In this document: positions 51,448-59,207 of the stretch, in pieces
Position numbering within the stretch: the first letter of the stretch is position 1
Layout of the letters: each line of letters starts with the position of its first letter
Virus record (IMG/VR): IMGVR_UViG_3300001688_000037
Reading direction: 5' to 3' (one strand)
From: a virus
DNA length: 61,640 nucleotides
Translations under genes and position numbers: made by a program
The notes under the pieces: model-generated
Told to the model about the DNA's origin: nothing
The model's input: the letters and a program-made list of their open reading frames with translations, nothing else
Databases searched by the model: none

Positions 51448-51472
51448 GGGGAGGCGTATTACTTGCCTCCCC
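51448..51472 (-). terminator. Hairpin/terminator after the SSB-like gene
   Basis: 8-bp stem ggggaggc/gcctcccc, followed by TATTTTTAT on the minus strand. Confidence 0.6.
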
Positions 51473-51478
51473 CTGTGG

Positions 51479-52120
51479 TTAAAATACTCTGCTAGCACCT
51501 GCACCGCTGTTAGAGCTTTCCTCATTACCGCTATTGCCCTTGCTAAGCTGTAATCTGCCCTCAATAGCTTTAATCTGCTCATCACGATCCAGATCCAAGA
51601 TAAGGGAGCCTACTAAGTTTTGAGGCTCTGGAATTTCTCTCTCACTCTTATCCTTAGGGAAATACTGGTAAGTAGTCTTAAGTGAGCCCTTAGCACCGCT
51701 ACGCTTAATCTTAATATCTCTCTGGGTAAGATCTCCGTACTCTCCAGTAAGCCCTAACATCTGCTTAATATCTGTGAGCCCTCTCTCCCAGAGCTGTACC
51801 TGCTTATCCTTATCTTTCTCATCTAAGTTGAGCATCTGGAGAAACATTCTAAGCTGTGGCTTATTGCCAGCCTTACAGAGCTCACAGCCCTCTCCCTTAC
51901 AAAGTACGGTACGATCTCTACCAGATCCATCTACATCCAACTTATGTACCTCATAGATAGGGAAATCATACTTAGGCTCTCCTGTGCCATCCTCTACTCC
52001 TACCTGCCCTTTGTGCAACATACGCACAGTAGCGGTATCTCCATCATCCTTTAACTGAAACCATCCAGTTTTAGTAAATCCTCCGTTATCATACTTGTTT
52101 AACAATGCCTGTAATCCCAT
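51479..52120 (-). CDS. Single-stranded DNA-binding protein, gp32-like (putative)
   Basis: 213 aa next to the polymerase gene. H-x18-C-x6-C-x2-C zinc-site-like pattern (EVHKL...VLCKGEGCELC). Low-complexity C-terminal tail ending in F. Confidence 0.4.
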   Translation of the reverse strand: MGLQALLNKYDNGGFTKTGWFQLKDDGDTATVRMLHKGQVGVEDGTGEPKYDFPIYEVHKLDVDGSGRDRTVLCKGEGCELCKAGNKPQLRMFLQMLNLDEKDKDKQVQLWERGLTDIKQMLGLTGEYGDLTQRDIKIKRSGAKGSLKTTYQYFPKDKSEREIPEPQNLVGSLILDLDRDEQIKAIEGRLQLSKGNSGNEESSNSGAGASRVF

Positions 52121-52159
52121 GATCCTTGATCCTCCTGTTTTATATTTTTTCTTTATGAT

Positions 52160-52327
52160 TTACAGCAACATAGCCTTTACAGCTCCTACCATACTGTTAA
52201 TAGCAAACCGCTTATTAACACCTTTTCCCACCAGCACATCCGCTCTGTGCTCATCACGCTTAACCAGCACAATAGCGTTACCAGTAAGGATAGCTACCAG
52301 CGTTCTTACACCTCTACTCATTTGCAT
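52160..52327 (-). CDS. Small protein (55 aa)
   Basis: Not in the ORF track. ATG 52327 follows AGGAGGAG. Reads MQMSRGVRTLVAILTGNAIVLVKRDEHRADVLVGKGVNKRFAINSMVGAVKAMLL. Confidence 0.45.
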   Translation of the reverse strand: MQMSRGVRTLVAILTGNAIVLVKRDEHRADVLVGKGVNKRFAINSMVGAVKAMLL

Positions 52328-52341
52328 CTCCTCCTGTTTTC

Positions 52342-52381
52342 GTGATACTTAACCTAATCTCAAACAGCGGAGATTTTTAGA
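52342..52381 (-). promoter_or_regulatory. Bipartite motif copy E (TCTAAA-N16-GATTAGGTTAAGTATCAC), overlapping the sigma-factor stop codon
   Basis: tttaga 52376-52381 and taatc 52355-52359, spacer 16 nt. Confidence 0.55.
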
Positions 52382-52985
52382 GAGCAACACCAGCAAAAAC
52401 AAATTTTTTTCTAATACTCTTGAAATAGTAGTTAGCGGTAGCTGGAGTACATTTAAGAGCCTTTGCTACCTCTCCCTTAGTACCTCCTGCCATAAGTACA
52501 TCTACTGCTACCTGCTCTTTCTCATTGAGATTTAGTGATCTAAGCAACTCCATAAACTCAAAAGAGGTAATATCCTCACACTCCACAGTAAAGGAGCTAT
52601 CCATTACATCTCCGCCATCTTTGTTAATTTCTACTAAGCCCTCATAGCTAACAGGAGTGGATCCTGTATAGCGTTTCTTTCTGGTAGCCTCGTTATAGAG
52701 GCGGTTAAGATGCTGGCGTACATACACCTTAAGGAGATTAGAAAATGTGAGCCCTAAGCTGGTATCAAAATCCTCAATAGCCCTAAGCATAGGTATGTAG
52801 CTCTCACTCACAAGATCCTCATGCTCTGCATTAGGAATACTGCTTACATAGCTCCCTACTAAAATGTTTATGAGCCCTGTATTTTGAGTGATAAGCTCCT
52901 GTAAATACATCTCATTTCTACTCTCACGGTATAAAACCACTAAATCCTCATTACTTCTTAATCCTGCGTTTAATCCTGTACTCAT
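52377..52985 (-). CDS. Phage-encoded sigma-70-family sigma factor
   Basis: 202 aa. Region-2-like LYLQELITQNTGLINILVGSYV...EDLVSESYIPMLRAIEDFD. Region-4 HTH TKGEVAKALKCTPATANYYFKSIRKKF. Confidence 0.65.
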   Translation of the reverse strand: MSTGLNAGLRSNEDLVVLYRESRNEMYLQELITQNTGLINILVGSYVSSIPNAEHEDLVSESYIPMLRAIEDFDTSLGLTFSNLLKVYVRQHLNRLYNEATRKKRYTGSTPVSYEGLVEINKDGGDVMDSSFTVECEDITSFEFMELLRSLNLNEKEQVAVDVLMAGGTKGEVAKALKCTPATANYYFKSIRKKFVFAGVAL

Positions 52986-52999
52986 CCTGTTTTCCTCCT

Positions 53000-54022
53000 T
53001 TAATATCCTGTGAGGTAATCTTTCCAGTTACCTCCGTACTCTTTTGCTAAATCGTTTATATCCTTTAGCTCTGTGTGCCATCGGAGATTAGTAAATCTAA
53101 AGCCTTTTGGTATAAGTAACCGCTTGATCTGGGAGGCTCCTTTTCTCCCTGCCTCATCGTTATCCGTGGCTAATACAAATCTCCTAAATGGAGCTCTCTC
53201 CAGCTCCCTACATTGCTCCTCCGATATGTGGCTACCCATGATAGCTACTGCAAAGCATCCTAAAGAGATAAGGGTTAGAGCATCTATCTCACTCTCCACT
53301 ATCCAGATCTCCGTATCTGGAGTTATCTCTCCCAGCTCCAGTAGCCTACAGAGCTCATACAGCCCATACACTAAGGAGCTTTTATCAATATCCTTTGCAT
53401 TGTAGAAATGCTTTCCAGATATGCTCCTGCCCTTGTAGAAAACTACCCTCCCCTGTATATCTCTCACAGGGAAAAGTACTGTTTTATCCGCTGGATCATA
53501 GCCCAGCTTATAGGGCTCAAATACCTCTCTAGCCAGTTTCCTTTTTAGGAGGTACTCACACGCCTCTCTACTGTTTAGGAGCTCTCTGTAAAATCTCTCT
53601 ACCTCCTCCTCATCCATGTAGGAGGCTTTCTGGGCTTGTCCTCTGTATAGGTTGAGATCTAAAGGCTCTCTCTCCTGTGCGGAGTAGTTATACTTACCTA
53701 CCAGCCACTTATAGCCTGCTAGGTTATTCTCTAGCCCCAGCACATCCGCTATAAACTGTGGGAGATCTGCTGTATAACCACAGGTGTAACAATGCACCGT
53801 ACCAGCCTCATACTTTTTCTCTCTAACCACTTTCTCCTTAAGGAGCACTCCACAGGAGGGGCTATGTTCCTTACCGTTTTTGTGAAAAGGGCAAGTAATC
53901 ATAAGATCCGCTCCTGTGTTATTCATTTCCCTAAGTAAGCCTGTACCGTAGAGCTGGAGCTTAATATCTCTAAGCACCTGCTCCACAGTAGCCACAATCG
54001 GTACGCCCCAGATCGTTATCAT
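53000..54022 (-). CDS. DNA primase (CHC2 zinc finger + Toprim)
   Basis: CPFHKNGKEHSPSCGV zinc finger. Toprim IWIVESEIDALTL ... VLATDNDEAGRKG. Confidence 0.75.
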   Translation of the reverse strand: MITIWGVPIVATVEQVLRDIKLQLYGTGLLREMNNTGADLMITCPFHKNGKEHSPSCGVLLKEKVVREKKYEAGTVHCYTCGYTADLPQFIADVLGLENNLAGYKWLVGKYNYSAQEREPLDLNLYRGQAQKASYMDEEEVERFYRELLNSREACEYLLKRKLAREVFEPYKLGYDPADKTVLFPVRDIQGRVVFYKGRSISGKHFYNAKDIDKSSLVYGLYELCRLLELGEITPDTEIWIVESEIDALTLISLGCFAVAIMGSHISEEQCRELERAPFRRFVLATDNDEAGRKGASQIKRLLIPKGFRFTNLRWHTELKDINDLAKEYGGNWKDYLTGY

Positions 54023-54396
54023 TTCTTATCCTTAGGAGCTGTCATTTTGAGCATTACTACCTCATTTACCTTTAAGCACTCTGCCAGTACTTCCGCTGGA
54101 AGATCTCCAGCCTCTACAGCCTGTAAGGTAGCATCCTCATCTACTGCCTCTACCATCTTGATACAGCCAGTAAGGTTACGCTCATGCAAAGCCTCTAAGA
54201 GCTTAGGCTCATCCATGCTCTTACGCTCCTGCACAATACGCTCAAATCTGTAGCCTGCCTCATCGGTAAAATCCTTTTCTCCAGCCTCCTCCATAGCATC
54301 CTTAAGGAGTTTTTTGTATTTCTCCTCCTCTTTCTTTGCCTGTTCAAAGGCTAACTTTTTGGCTTTATAAGCCTCTCGTAACTCCGCTAATTGCAT
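54019..54396 (-). CDS. Hypothetical coiled-coil protein (first gene of the leftward early operon)
   Basis: 125 aa. RBS AGGAGGTACAAGCT. 4-nt overlap with the primase gene. Confidence 0.5.
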   Translation of the reverse strand: MQLAELREAYKAKKLAFEQAKKEEEKYKKLLKDAMEEAGEKDFTDEAGYRFERIVQERKSMDEPKLLEALHERNLTGCIKMVEAVDEDATLQAVEAGDLPAEVLAECLKVNEVVMLKMTAPKDKK

Positions 54397-54435
54397 AGCT
54401 TGTACCTCCTGTTATTATAATTTTCTCTATCGTAA

Positions 54436-54452
54436 AACTTGTTAAACAAGTT
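54436..54452. promoter_or_regulatory. Operator-like palindrome O1 (AACTTGTT-A-AACAAGTT)
   Basis: Perfect 8+1+8 inverted repeat in the early-operon leader. Confidence 0.5.
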
Positions 54453-54500
54453 CTCGTAGGCATAAAAAGGTTAGGGTATCCCCATTATATACTTTCTCCC

Positions 54501-54513
54501 CTTGTCAAACAGT
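54501..54513. promoter_or_regulatory. Operator-like site O2 (CTTGTCAAACAGT)
   Basis: 11/13 match to the O1 core CTTGTTAAACAAG. Overlaps the leftward promoter -10 region. Confidence 0.4.
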
Positions 54514-54539
54514 ATAATACTTGTTTTTCCGTCTGTCAA
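54511..54539 (-). promoter_or_regulatory. Leftward early promoter candidate TTGACA-17-TATACT
   Basis: Minus strand reads TTGACAGACGGAAAAACAAGTATTATACT. Confidence 0.55.
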
Positions 54540-54548
54540 TATAAAAAT

Positions 54549-54563
54549 ACAGTTTAACAATAC
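54549..54563. promoter_or_regulatory. Operator-like site O3 (rc ATTGTTAAACTGT)
   Basis: 10/13 match to the O1 core. Lies between the divergent promoters. Confidence 0.35.
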
Positions 54564-54579
54564 TTTTTCTAAGTTTCTC

Positions 54580-54608
54580 TTTACTTTTCTATTGTTTAGC
54601 TGTATAAT
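54580..54608 (+). promoter_or_regulatory. Rightward promoter candidate for the repressor gene (TTTACT-17-TATAAT)
   Basis: tataat at 54603-54608, preceded by tg. -35-like tttact at 54580-54585. RBS GAGAGGAGG before ATG 54641. Confidence 0.5.
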
Positions 54609-54640
54609 TACAGTATCCTTAATAGAGAGGAGGTGCTACA

Positions 54641-55009
54641 ATGTCTGAAAAATCTCCTCTTAATGAGAGCTTTTCTAGGGCTATGGCTTACTACAAAGCC
54701 CTTACAGGAAAAAACAATAAGGAGATAGCCGATGCACTAAGCCTACCTGCTACTACCGTTTCTGCATGGAATACAGGGAGGCACCTACCAGATATGGATA
54801 GGTTACAAAGGCTTGCTACCTACCTAAACGCTCCGCTGGATCAGTTTTTCGATTTCTCACTCGATAGGATCCCAGCTAAAGAGCTTTCCGATCTTCATAA
54901 TTTGATAGATACGGATGAGGAGCTAGTAAAATTCCTTAAGGTTTTTATCCAACTCTCCGATGAGGATAAGCACCTATTAACTATGTTAGCTATCAAAATA
55001 AATAAGTAG
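54641..55009 (+). CDS. XRE/cI-like repressor (only plus-strand gene)
   Basis: 122 aa. HTH NNKEIADALSLPATTVSAWNTGRHLPDMDRLQRLATYL. Divergent from the early operon. Confidence 0.65.
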   Translation: MSEKSPLNESFSRAMAYYKALTGKNNKEIADALSLPATTVSAWNTGRHLPDMDRLQRLATYLNAPLDQFFDFSLDRIPAKELSDLHNLIDTDEELVKFLKVFIQLSDEDKHLLTMLAIKINK

Positions 55010-55022
55010 CTAACAGGGGAGA

Positions 55023-55042
55023 GGGGAGGCGTAAGCCTCCTC
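55023..55042 (+). terminator. Terminator of the repressor gene
   Basis: ggaggc-gtaa-gcctcc stem-loop followed by tcttttcttttgc. Confidence 0.65.
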
Positions 55043-55053
55043 TTTTCTTTTGC

Positions 55054-55311
55054 TTAAAATTGAGGGATAACAGCCTCACGCTCTCTAAGTGGAGTAGCGT
55101 TACCCTCTTTGCTAAAGTCCATATAGGCAAGAGGGATACCGTAAAGCTCACTAAGTTTCTGTGCATTTTCCATCTTAGGAGCTGTGTTACCTGCCTCCCA
55201 GCTTATGATAGTTTGCTCTGTTACTCCAATGAGCTCCGCTACCTCTGTTTGCTTATACCCAGCATTTACTCTACAGGCACATAAACGCCATTTCATATCA
55301 AAGTATCCCAT
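55054..55311 (-). CDS. XRE-family HTH protein
   Basis: Start set to ATG 55311 (MGYFDMKW), overlapping the upstream TAA. HTH YKQTEVAELIGVTEQTIISWEAGNTAPKMENAQKLSELYG. Confidence 0.55.
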   Translation of the reverse strand: MGYFDMKWRLCACRVNAGYKQTEVAELIGVTEQTIISWEAGNTAPKMENAQKLSELYGIPLAYMDFSKEGNATPLREREAVIPQF

Positions 55312-55784
55312 TATGCCATCCCCCTCTCTGCCATACAAACTCCCAGAGCCTCCTCTGTTACAAAGGTTTTAGTATTAGGGATGAGGATCTCTTTCTGGAT
55401 AGCCTCCAGCTTACCAGCCTTAATCATTCTGTATACATTACGCTCACTACAGCCCAGCCTCTTAGCCACTTCCTCTACTGTGAGATCTGTACTAACAGGC
55501 TCCTCCACTTTCTCCTCTACAGGAGCACCAAAAGCCTCCAGATATTTCTCCTTAAAGGCGGTACTCTTTTCTCCGATGATACGCCCAGCAATAAGCTCAC
55601 AGCCTGCCAGAGTGATCTCATAACCTGCTCTTACCTTATTGAGCCCATCTTTATAAGAGCCCTCTACAAAGTACTTAGGAGCCTCCTCTCCCAGAGTGTT
55701 AATGTACTTTCTAATATCTCTCATAAAATTATCGTGGCGTTTTCCCAGCATCTCCGCTACTGTTTTACTGCTAATTGTCTGCAT
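55311..55784 (-). CDS. Rha-family phage regulatory protein with C-terminal HTH
   Basis: Start set to ATG 55784 (MQTISSKTVAEMLGKRHDNFMRDIRKYI), 9 nt after GGAGG. C-terminal LTVEEVAKRLGCSERNVYRMIKAGKL. Confidence 0.55.
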   Translation of the reverse strand: MQTISSKTVAEMLGKRHDNFMRDIRKYINTLGEEAPKYFVEGSYKDGLNKVRAGYEITLAGCELIAGRIIGEKSTAFKEKYLEAFGAPVEEKVEEPVSTDLTVEEVAKRLGCSERNVYRMIKAGKLEAIQKEILIPNTKTFVTEEALGVCMAERGMA

Positions 55785-55805
55785 TAAAATAAGCCTCCTT
55801 TTCAT

Positions 55806-55845
55806 GTGATAACTAACCTAATCACAAAGGAGGCTTATTTTTAGA
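55806..55845 (-). promoter_or_regulatory. Bipartite motif copy F (TCTAAA-N16-GATTAGGTTAGTTATCAC)
   Basis: tttaga 55840-55845 and taatc 55819-55823, spacer 16 nt. Confidence 0.55.
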
Positions 55846-55859
55846 GATATTCTCAAAAT

Positions 55860-56099
55860 TTATTTAGTTTCTCTTGTACGGAGATCCATTACACTAATTT
55901 TCTCTGCTGGGTTATTGATCGGATGCTTATGATCTACTACTATTTTGTGTTGCATTACCATAGCTACCATCTCTCCACACATTTCCAGCTCCTCCATACT
56001 TCTAAAGAAAATAGGGAGCACATCTCCATCCTCTGTTAAATATACTGGGATGATCCTCCCTTTAGGGATCCCCTCCTCACATACTGGGTTAAAAGCCAT
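55860..56099 (-). CDS. Hypothetical protein
   Basis: 79 aa. Overlaps the dnaB 3' end by 11 nt. Confidence 0.5.
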   Translation of the reverse strand: MAFNPVCEEGIPKGRIIPVYLTEDGDVLPIFFRSMEELEMCGEMVAMVMQHKIVVDHKHPINNPAEKISVMDLRTRETK

Positions 56100-57429
56100 A
56101 ATCCTTATTACCTCCTTTACTCTCCTGCTTATCTTCCTTACTCTCCTCTGGAGTAGTTTCCGCCTCTGGGTTATCCTCTTTCTTTACCAGAGGCTCTAAG
56201 TAACCTGTGTTAATATCCCAGATCATTAGCACCTCTTTATTATTGATACCATAGCGGTTTTTCTTTATAGAGATCTTAAGAGTGCCATCTATCACACTAA
56301 GAGATAATACTCTGGTGGCGTTCTGTCCTACACCATCACTCTCCGCCAGATCGTGTAACTCTGGGCTTTCTCCCTTTTTACGATTTTTAACCGCCTCACG
56401 GTTAGCCTGTGCCATAAGGAGGATAGGTTTTTTAAGCTCCTTAGATACCAGAAAGAGATCCTCCGATATATTGTTATAAGCAATTCTAGGAGTATCAGCT
56501 CTACGCTTATCACTCATAAGGGAGAGCTGATCTATTACTATCATATCTACCCCATGCTTAACAGCTAGGCTCTTTATCTCATCTGCATTAGGTTTTCTAC
56601 CGTTAAAATCATCTGGAGTAACTACGATAAATCCGCTCTTTTGTGAGAGCTGGTTTATATAGTTCTCATAATCTTCCTGTAGATACTTTCCTCCGTCTGT
56701 ATCTGGTTTCTTTCCCAGAGTATGAGCACCGTTAAGGAGCCCCATGTTACTAAAGTGCTTATTAAGAGTATCAAATCTAAAGCCCACCATTTCCTTACTC
56801 ATTTCTCCAGAGTAGAAAAGGATCTTGTAGCCCAGTTTCCACGCCACTACTGCAAAGTATTCTCCGATCCATGTTTTACCTACATTAGTACGCCCTGTAA
56901 CTACTACCAGCTCCTCTCCCCACATCCAGCCATTAGTAAGCTCATCCAGCTTATCAATACCAGTAGGGATACCTATTAAGCCCTTTACCTCACATCTCTC
57001 CTTATAAGCCTGCAATCTATCTCTAGCATTAGTAACAATATCATAGCCATCCTTATTACCGTTTACAGGTACCTCTTTTGTGAGGTTTTCCAGCTCCGCC
57101 TTTATGTACTCAATAGCCTTTATACTATCCTCTCTAACCAGATCGGAGCTCTTTTGGATAATCGGTACAATCTTAGTATAGGTGTATGCCTCCTTAAGTT
57201 TGTAAATGAGATAATCTGTACTCTCCTGTACCTCCAGCATTTGAAACTCTTTGAAATGCCCTAAAAAAGTTACCTTATCTGGCATCTGCTTATACTTGTG
57301 ATAATGATCTAAGATAAACTGTACCTCATCTTTACAAGTGAGAAACATATCCGCCAGCAATCCGTTAGAGTGGAACATTTCCAGATCTGGAGCCTCTAAT
57401 AATTTACATATTAAGCTCTGCTCTATCAT
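56089..57429 (-). CDS. dnaB: Replicative DNA helicase DnaB
   Basis: 446 aa. GIPTGIDKLDELTNGW, Walker A GRTNVGKT, IVIDQLSLM. Confidence 0.85.
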   Translation of the reverse strand: MIEQSLICKLLEAPDLEMFHSNGLLADMFLTCKDEVQFILDHYHKYKQMPDKVTFLGHFKEFQMLEVQESTDYLIYKLKEAYTYTKIVPIIQKSSDLVREDSIKAIEYIKAELENLTKEVPVNGNKDGYDIVTNARDRLQAYKERCEVKGLIGIPTGIDKLDELTNGWMWGEELVVVTGRTNVGKTWIGEYFAVVAWKLGYKILFYSGEMSKEMVGFRFDTLNKHFSNMGLLNGAHTLGKKPDTDGGKYLQEDYENYINQLSQKSGFIVVTPDDFNGRKPNADEIKSLAVKHGVDMIVIDQLSLMSDKRRADTPRIAYNNISEDLFLVSKELKKPILLMAQANREAVKNRKKGESPELHDLAESDGVGQNATRVLSLSVIDGTLKISIKKNRYGINNKEVLMIWDINTGYLEPLVKKEDNPEAETTPEESKEDKQESKGGNKDYGF

Positions 57430-58088
57430 ACTCCTACCCTCCTATCTCCACCTGTGATCTCTATTATCTGTGAGGAGCCTATCACTCTACTACTGATACG
57501 ATCCCCCAGCTCCTCCTTAAGCTCCTCTGGAGAGAGGTTACTGGTATAAATCGTAGTGAGGTTATTACTCACTCTGGTATTTATGATGCTAACTACACGC
57601 TCCCTTACCCACTCTGTTACTCTCTCCGCTCCTATATCGTCAATAATGAGGAGTTTACAACTTTTTACCATAGAGAGCACCTGCTCAAATTCTGGATCTT
57701 TATTATCATAGTTATCTCTAAGATCCTCCAGAAAAGTAGGGAGAAATATGTAAAGCCCCTCATTTTCCAGCCCTGTATTAAAAGCTATCTTTCTAAAATA
57801 GTGGCTCATAATCTTACAAGCCCAGCTAGTTTTACCGCTCCCTGTACTCTTGCCCCAGATATATAAGCCTTTACCCTCCTGCACTCTATCCACTACCGCC
57901 TCTCTATACTCATCCAGAGCTAAAAAGGCTGGGAGATCCTCTTGATCTGGCTTAAGAGAGATATTATATCTATAGCTCTCTGGGATCCTGCTAAGATTAT
58001 ACAGAGCTCTAAGTACTCTGTAGCCTCCGCATAATTCACTACAGGAGCTTTTATCTTTCTTACAATAGCTTTCCGCAAAACATCTCAT
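57426..58088 (-). CDS. DnaC/IstB-like helicase loader ATPase
   Basis: Walker A GKSTGSGKTSWA, Walker B LLIIDDIGAE. 4-nt overlap with dnaB. Confidence 0.7.
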   Translation of the reverse strand: MRCFAESYCKKDKSSCSELCGGYRVLRALYNLSRIPESYRYNISLKPDQEDLPAFLALDEYREAVVDRVQEGKGLYIWGKSTGSGKTSWACKIMSHYFRKIAFNTGLENEGLYIFLPTFLEDLRDNYDNKDPEFEQVLSMVKSCKLLIIDDIGAERVTEWVRERVVSIINTRVSNNLTTIYTSNLSPEELKEELGDRISSRVIGSSQIIEITGGDRRVGV

Positions 58089-58105
58089 CTCTGCTTACCT
58101 CCTTT

Positions 58106-58143
58106 GTAACTAAACATAATCATAAAAAGGGCAAAAATTTAGA
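58106..58143 (-). promoter_or_regulatory. Bipartite motif copy G (TCTAAA-N16-GATTATGTTTAGTTAC)
   Basis: tttaga 58138-58143 and taatc 58117-58121, spacer 16 nt. The -35-like half overlaps the terminator stem. Confidence 0.5.
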
Positions 58144-58164
58144 GGAGCTTTTTAGGGCTCCTCC
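58142..58164 (-). terminator. Rho-independent terminator after the replisome organiser gene
   Basis: 7-bp stem gaggagc/gctcctc. Confidence 0.55.
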
Positions 58165-58169
58165 ATTTC

Positions 58170-58934
58170 TTAAAACACAATATCCTTACCATTCTCATCC
58201 TTTGCGGTTTTACCATCCCATTTTTTACTAACCGCTGTAGGCTTAGGAGATCCTCCGTACTTTTTGAGAGGGTAAAGATCTTTCCAGCCCTTACTAATAC
58301 TTTGATCCACTATAGCCATAGCTAAGGCTGGATCCTCTCCTGCATTATCTCTAAGAGTACTAGCAAATCTCTCTACAGTAGTTACCTTAGGAGTATAGTT
58401 TCTGCCTTTACAGCTATGGAGAAATTTCTCTAAAGCCTCTCTCACATACTTATTTTCCTCTCTACTAAGGATCTCTGCATAAGATTTCTTTTTCCCTGTT
58501 GAGGGAGCTTGCTCCTCTTTACCGTTAGGTAAAGAATTTTCTATGTTATCTTTACTATCTTTATTGAGTAAAATTTCTTTACTCGTAGCGGATAAAATTT
58601 TTTTACTCGCTTGATCTCCATCGGATAAAATTTCTTTACTCGCTCTAATAGCTGTATAACTGTTGTAGATAAGAGCTCCTTTAGTAGTACTACTCTTAGT
58701 GAGGAGCCCCTGCTGTACCAGATTATCTAAAGTGTTAATAACTGTAGGGCGTGATACTCCGCCTAGCCAATCACAAAGATAATCCACACTCCCTGTAAAT
58801 GCTGTGTTAGTAGTCTGGGAAAAGCCATAGATAATAGCGTAAAGCATAAGAGCGTTACCCTTAAGTCCCAGCTCTGTTATCATCCAGCCCTGTACTACAA
58901 AGTAGTTTTCTGGTTTTACTTTTATCTTTTCCAT
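58170..58934 (-). CDS. Replisome organiser / replication initiator-like wHTH protein (putative)
   Basis: 254 aa. N-terminal wHTH-like LKGNALMLYAIIYGFSQ...SVDYLCDWLGGVSRPTVINTLDNLVQQGLL. Upstream of the DnaC/DnaB genes. Internal iteron-like repeats. Confidence 0.45.
   Translation of the reverse strand: MEKIKVKPENYFVVQGWMITELGLKGNALMLYAIIYGFSQTTNTAFTGSVDYLCDWLGGVSRPTVINTLDNLVQQGLLTKSSTTKGALIYNSYTAIRASKEILSDGDQASKKILSATSKEILLNKDSKDNIENSLPNGKEEQAPSTGKKKSYAEILSREENKYVREALEKFLHSCKGRNYTPKVTTVERFASTLRDNAGEDPALAMAIVDQSISKGWKDLYPLKKYGGSPKPTAVSKKWDGKTAKDENGKDIVF
58569..58642. repeat. Three iteron-like 17-nt direct repeats (58569-58585, 58593-58609, 58626-58642)
   Basis: taaaatttctttactcg / taaaatttttttactcg / taaaatttctttactcg. 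Start-to-start spacing is 24 and 33 nt. They encode SKEIL/SKKIL/SKEIL. Confidence 0.8.
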
Positions 58935-58991
58935 AGATCATACCTCCAGTTAAGGAGAGAGGAGATACCAGCTCTCCCCCCCCTGTAAGTA

Positions 58992-59207
58992 TTACTCCAT
59001 TTCGGAGATAACCTTTTCAATATTATCACAAACCTCATCAAAAGCCTGTTTAATGATAGCCTCTCTCTGCTTAGGATCTGTGCCTCCATCAATCATAAGG
59101 CTCATTCTAACAGTAGGCTTACACCAGATACCGCTCTTATTCTGTACACTCATTCCCAGCTCCACATCAATACCAGCTACTCTAGCTGTAAACTCATTTT
59201 TTGCCAT
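58992..59207 (-). CDS. Hypothetical protein
   Basis: 71 aa. RBS GGAGGTAGTAACA. Confidence 0.5.
   Translation of the reverse strand: MAKNEFTARVAGIDVELGMSVQNKSGIWCKPTVRMSLMIDGGTDPKQREAIIKQAFDEVCDNIEKVISEME

Noticed and set aside
54484-54508. Apparent promoter TTGACA ... TATAAT in the switch region
   Set aside because: The spacer is only 13 nt, too short for sigma-70-type recognition. The TTGACA here is more likely part of operator-like site O2.
58569-58642. Checked direct repeats here and in the TMP and 19.9-20.1 kb regions for CRISPR-like organisation
   Set aside because: There are only 2-3 copies, they lie inside coding sequence, the spacing is irregular and there are no cas genes. These are not CRISPR arrays.
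58975-58982. Second homopolymer (C8 on plus) as a possible phase-variation tract
   Set aside because: It is intergenic, between the 58992 gene stop and the organiser gene RBS, and forms part of a weak hairpin. There is no reading frame to switch, although a spacing effect on expression cannot be excluded.
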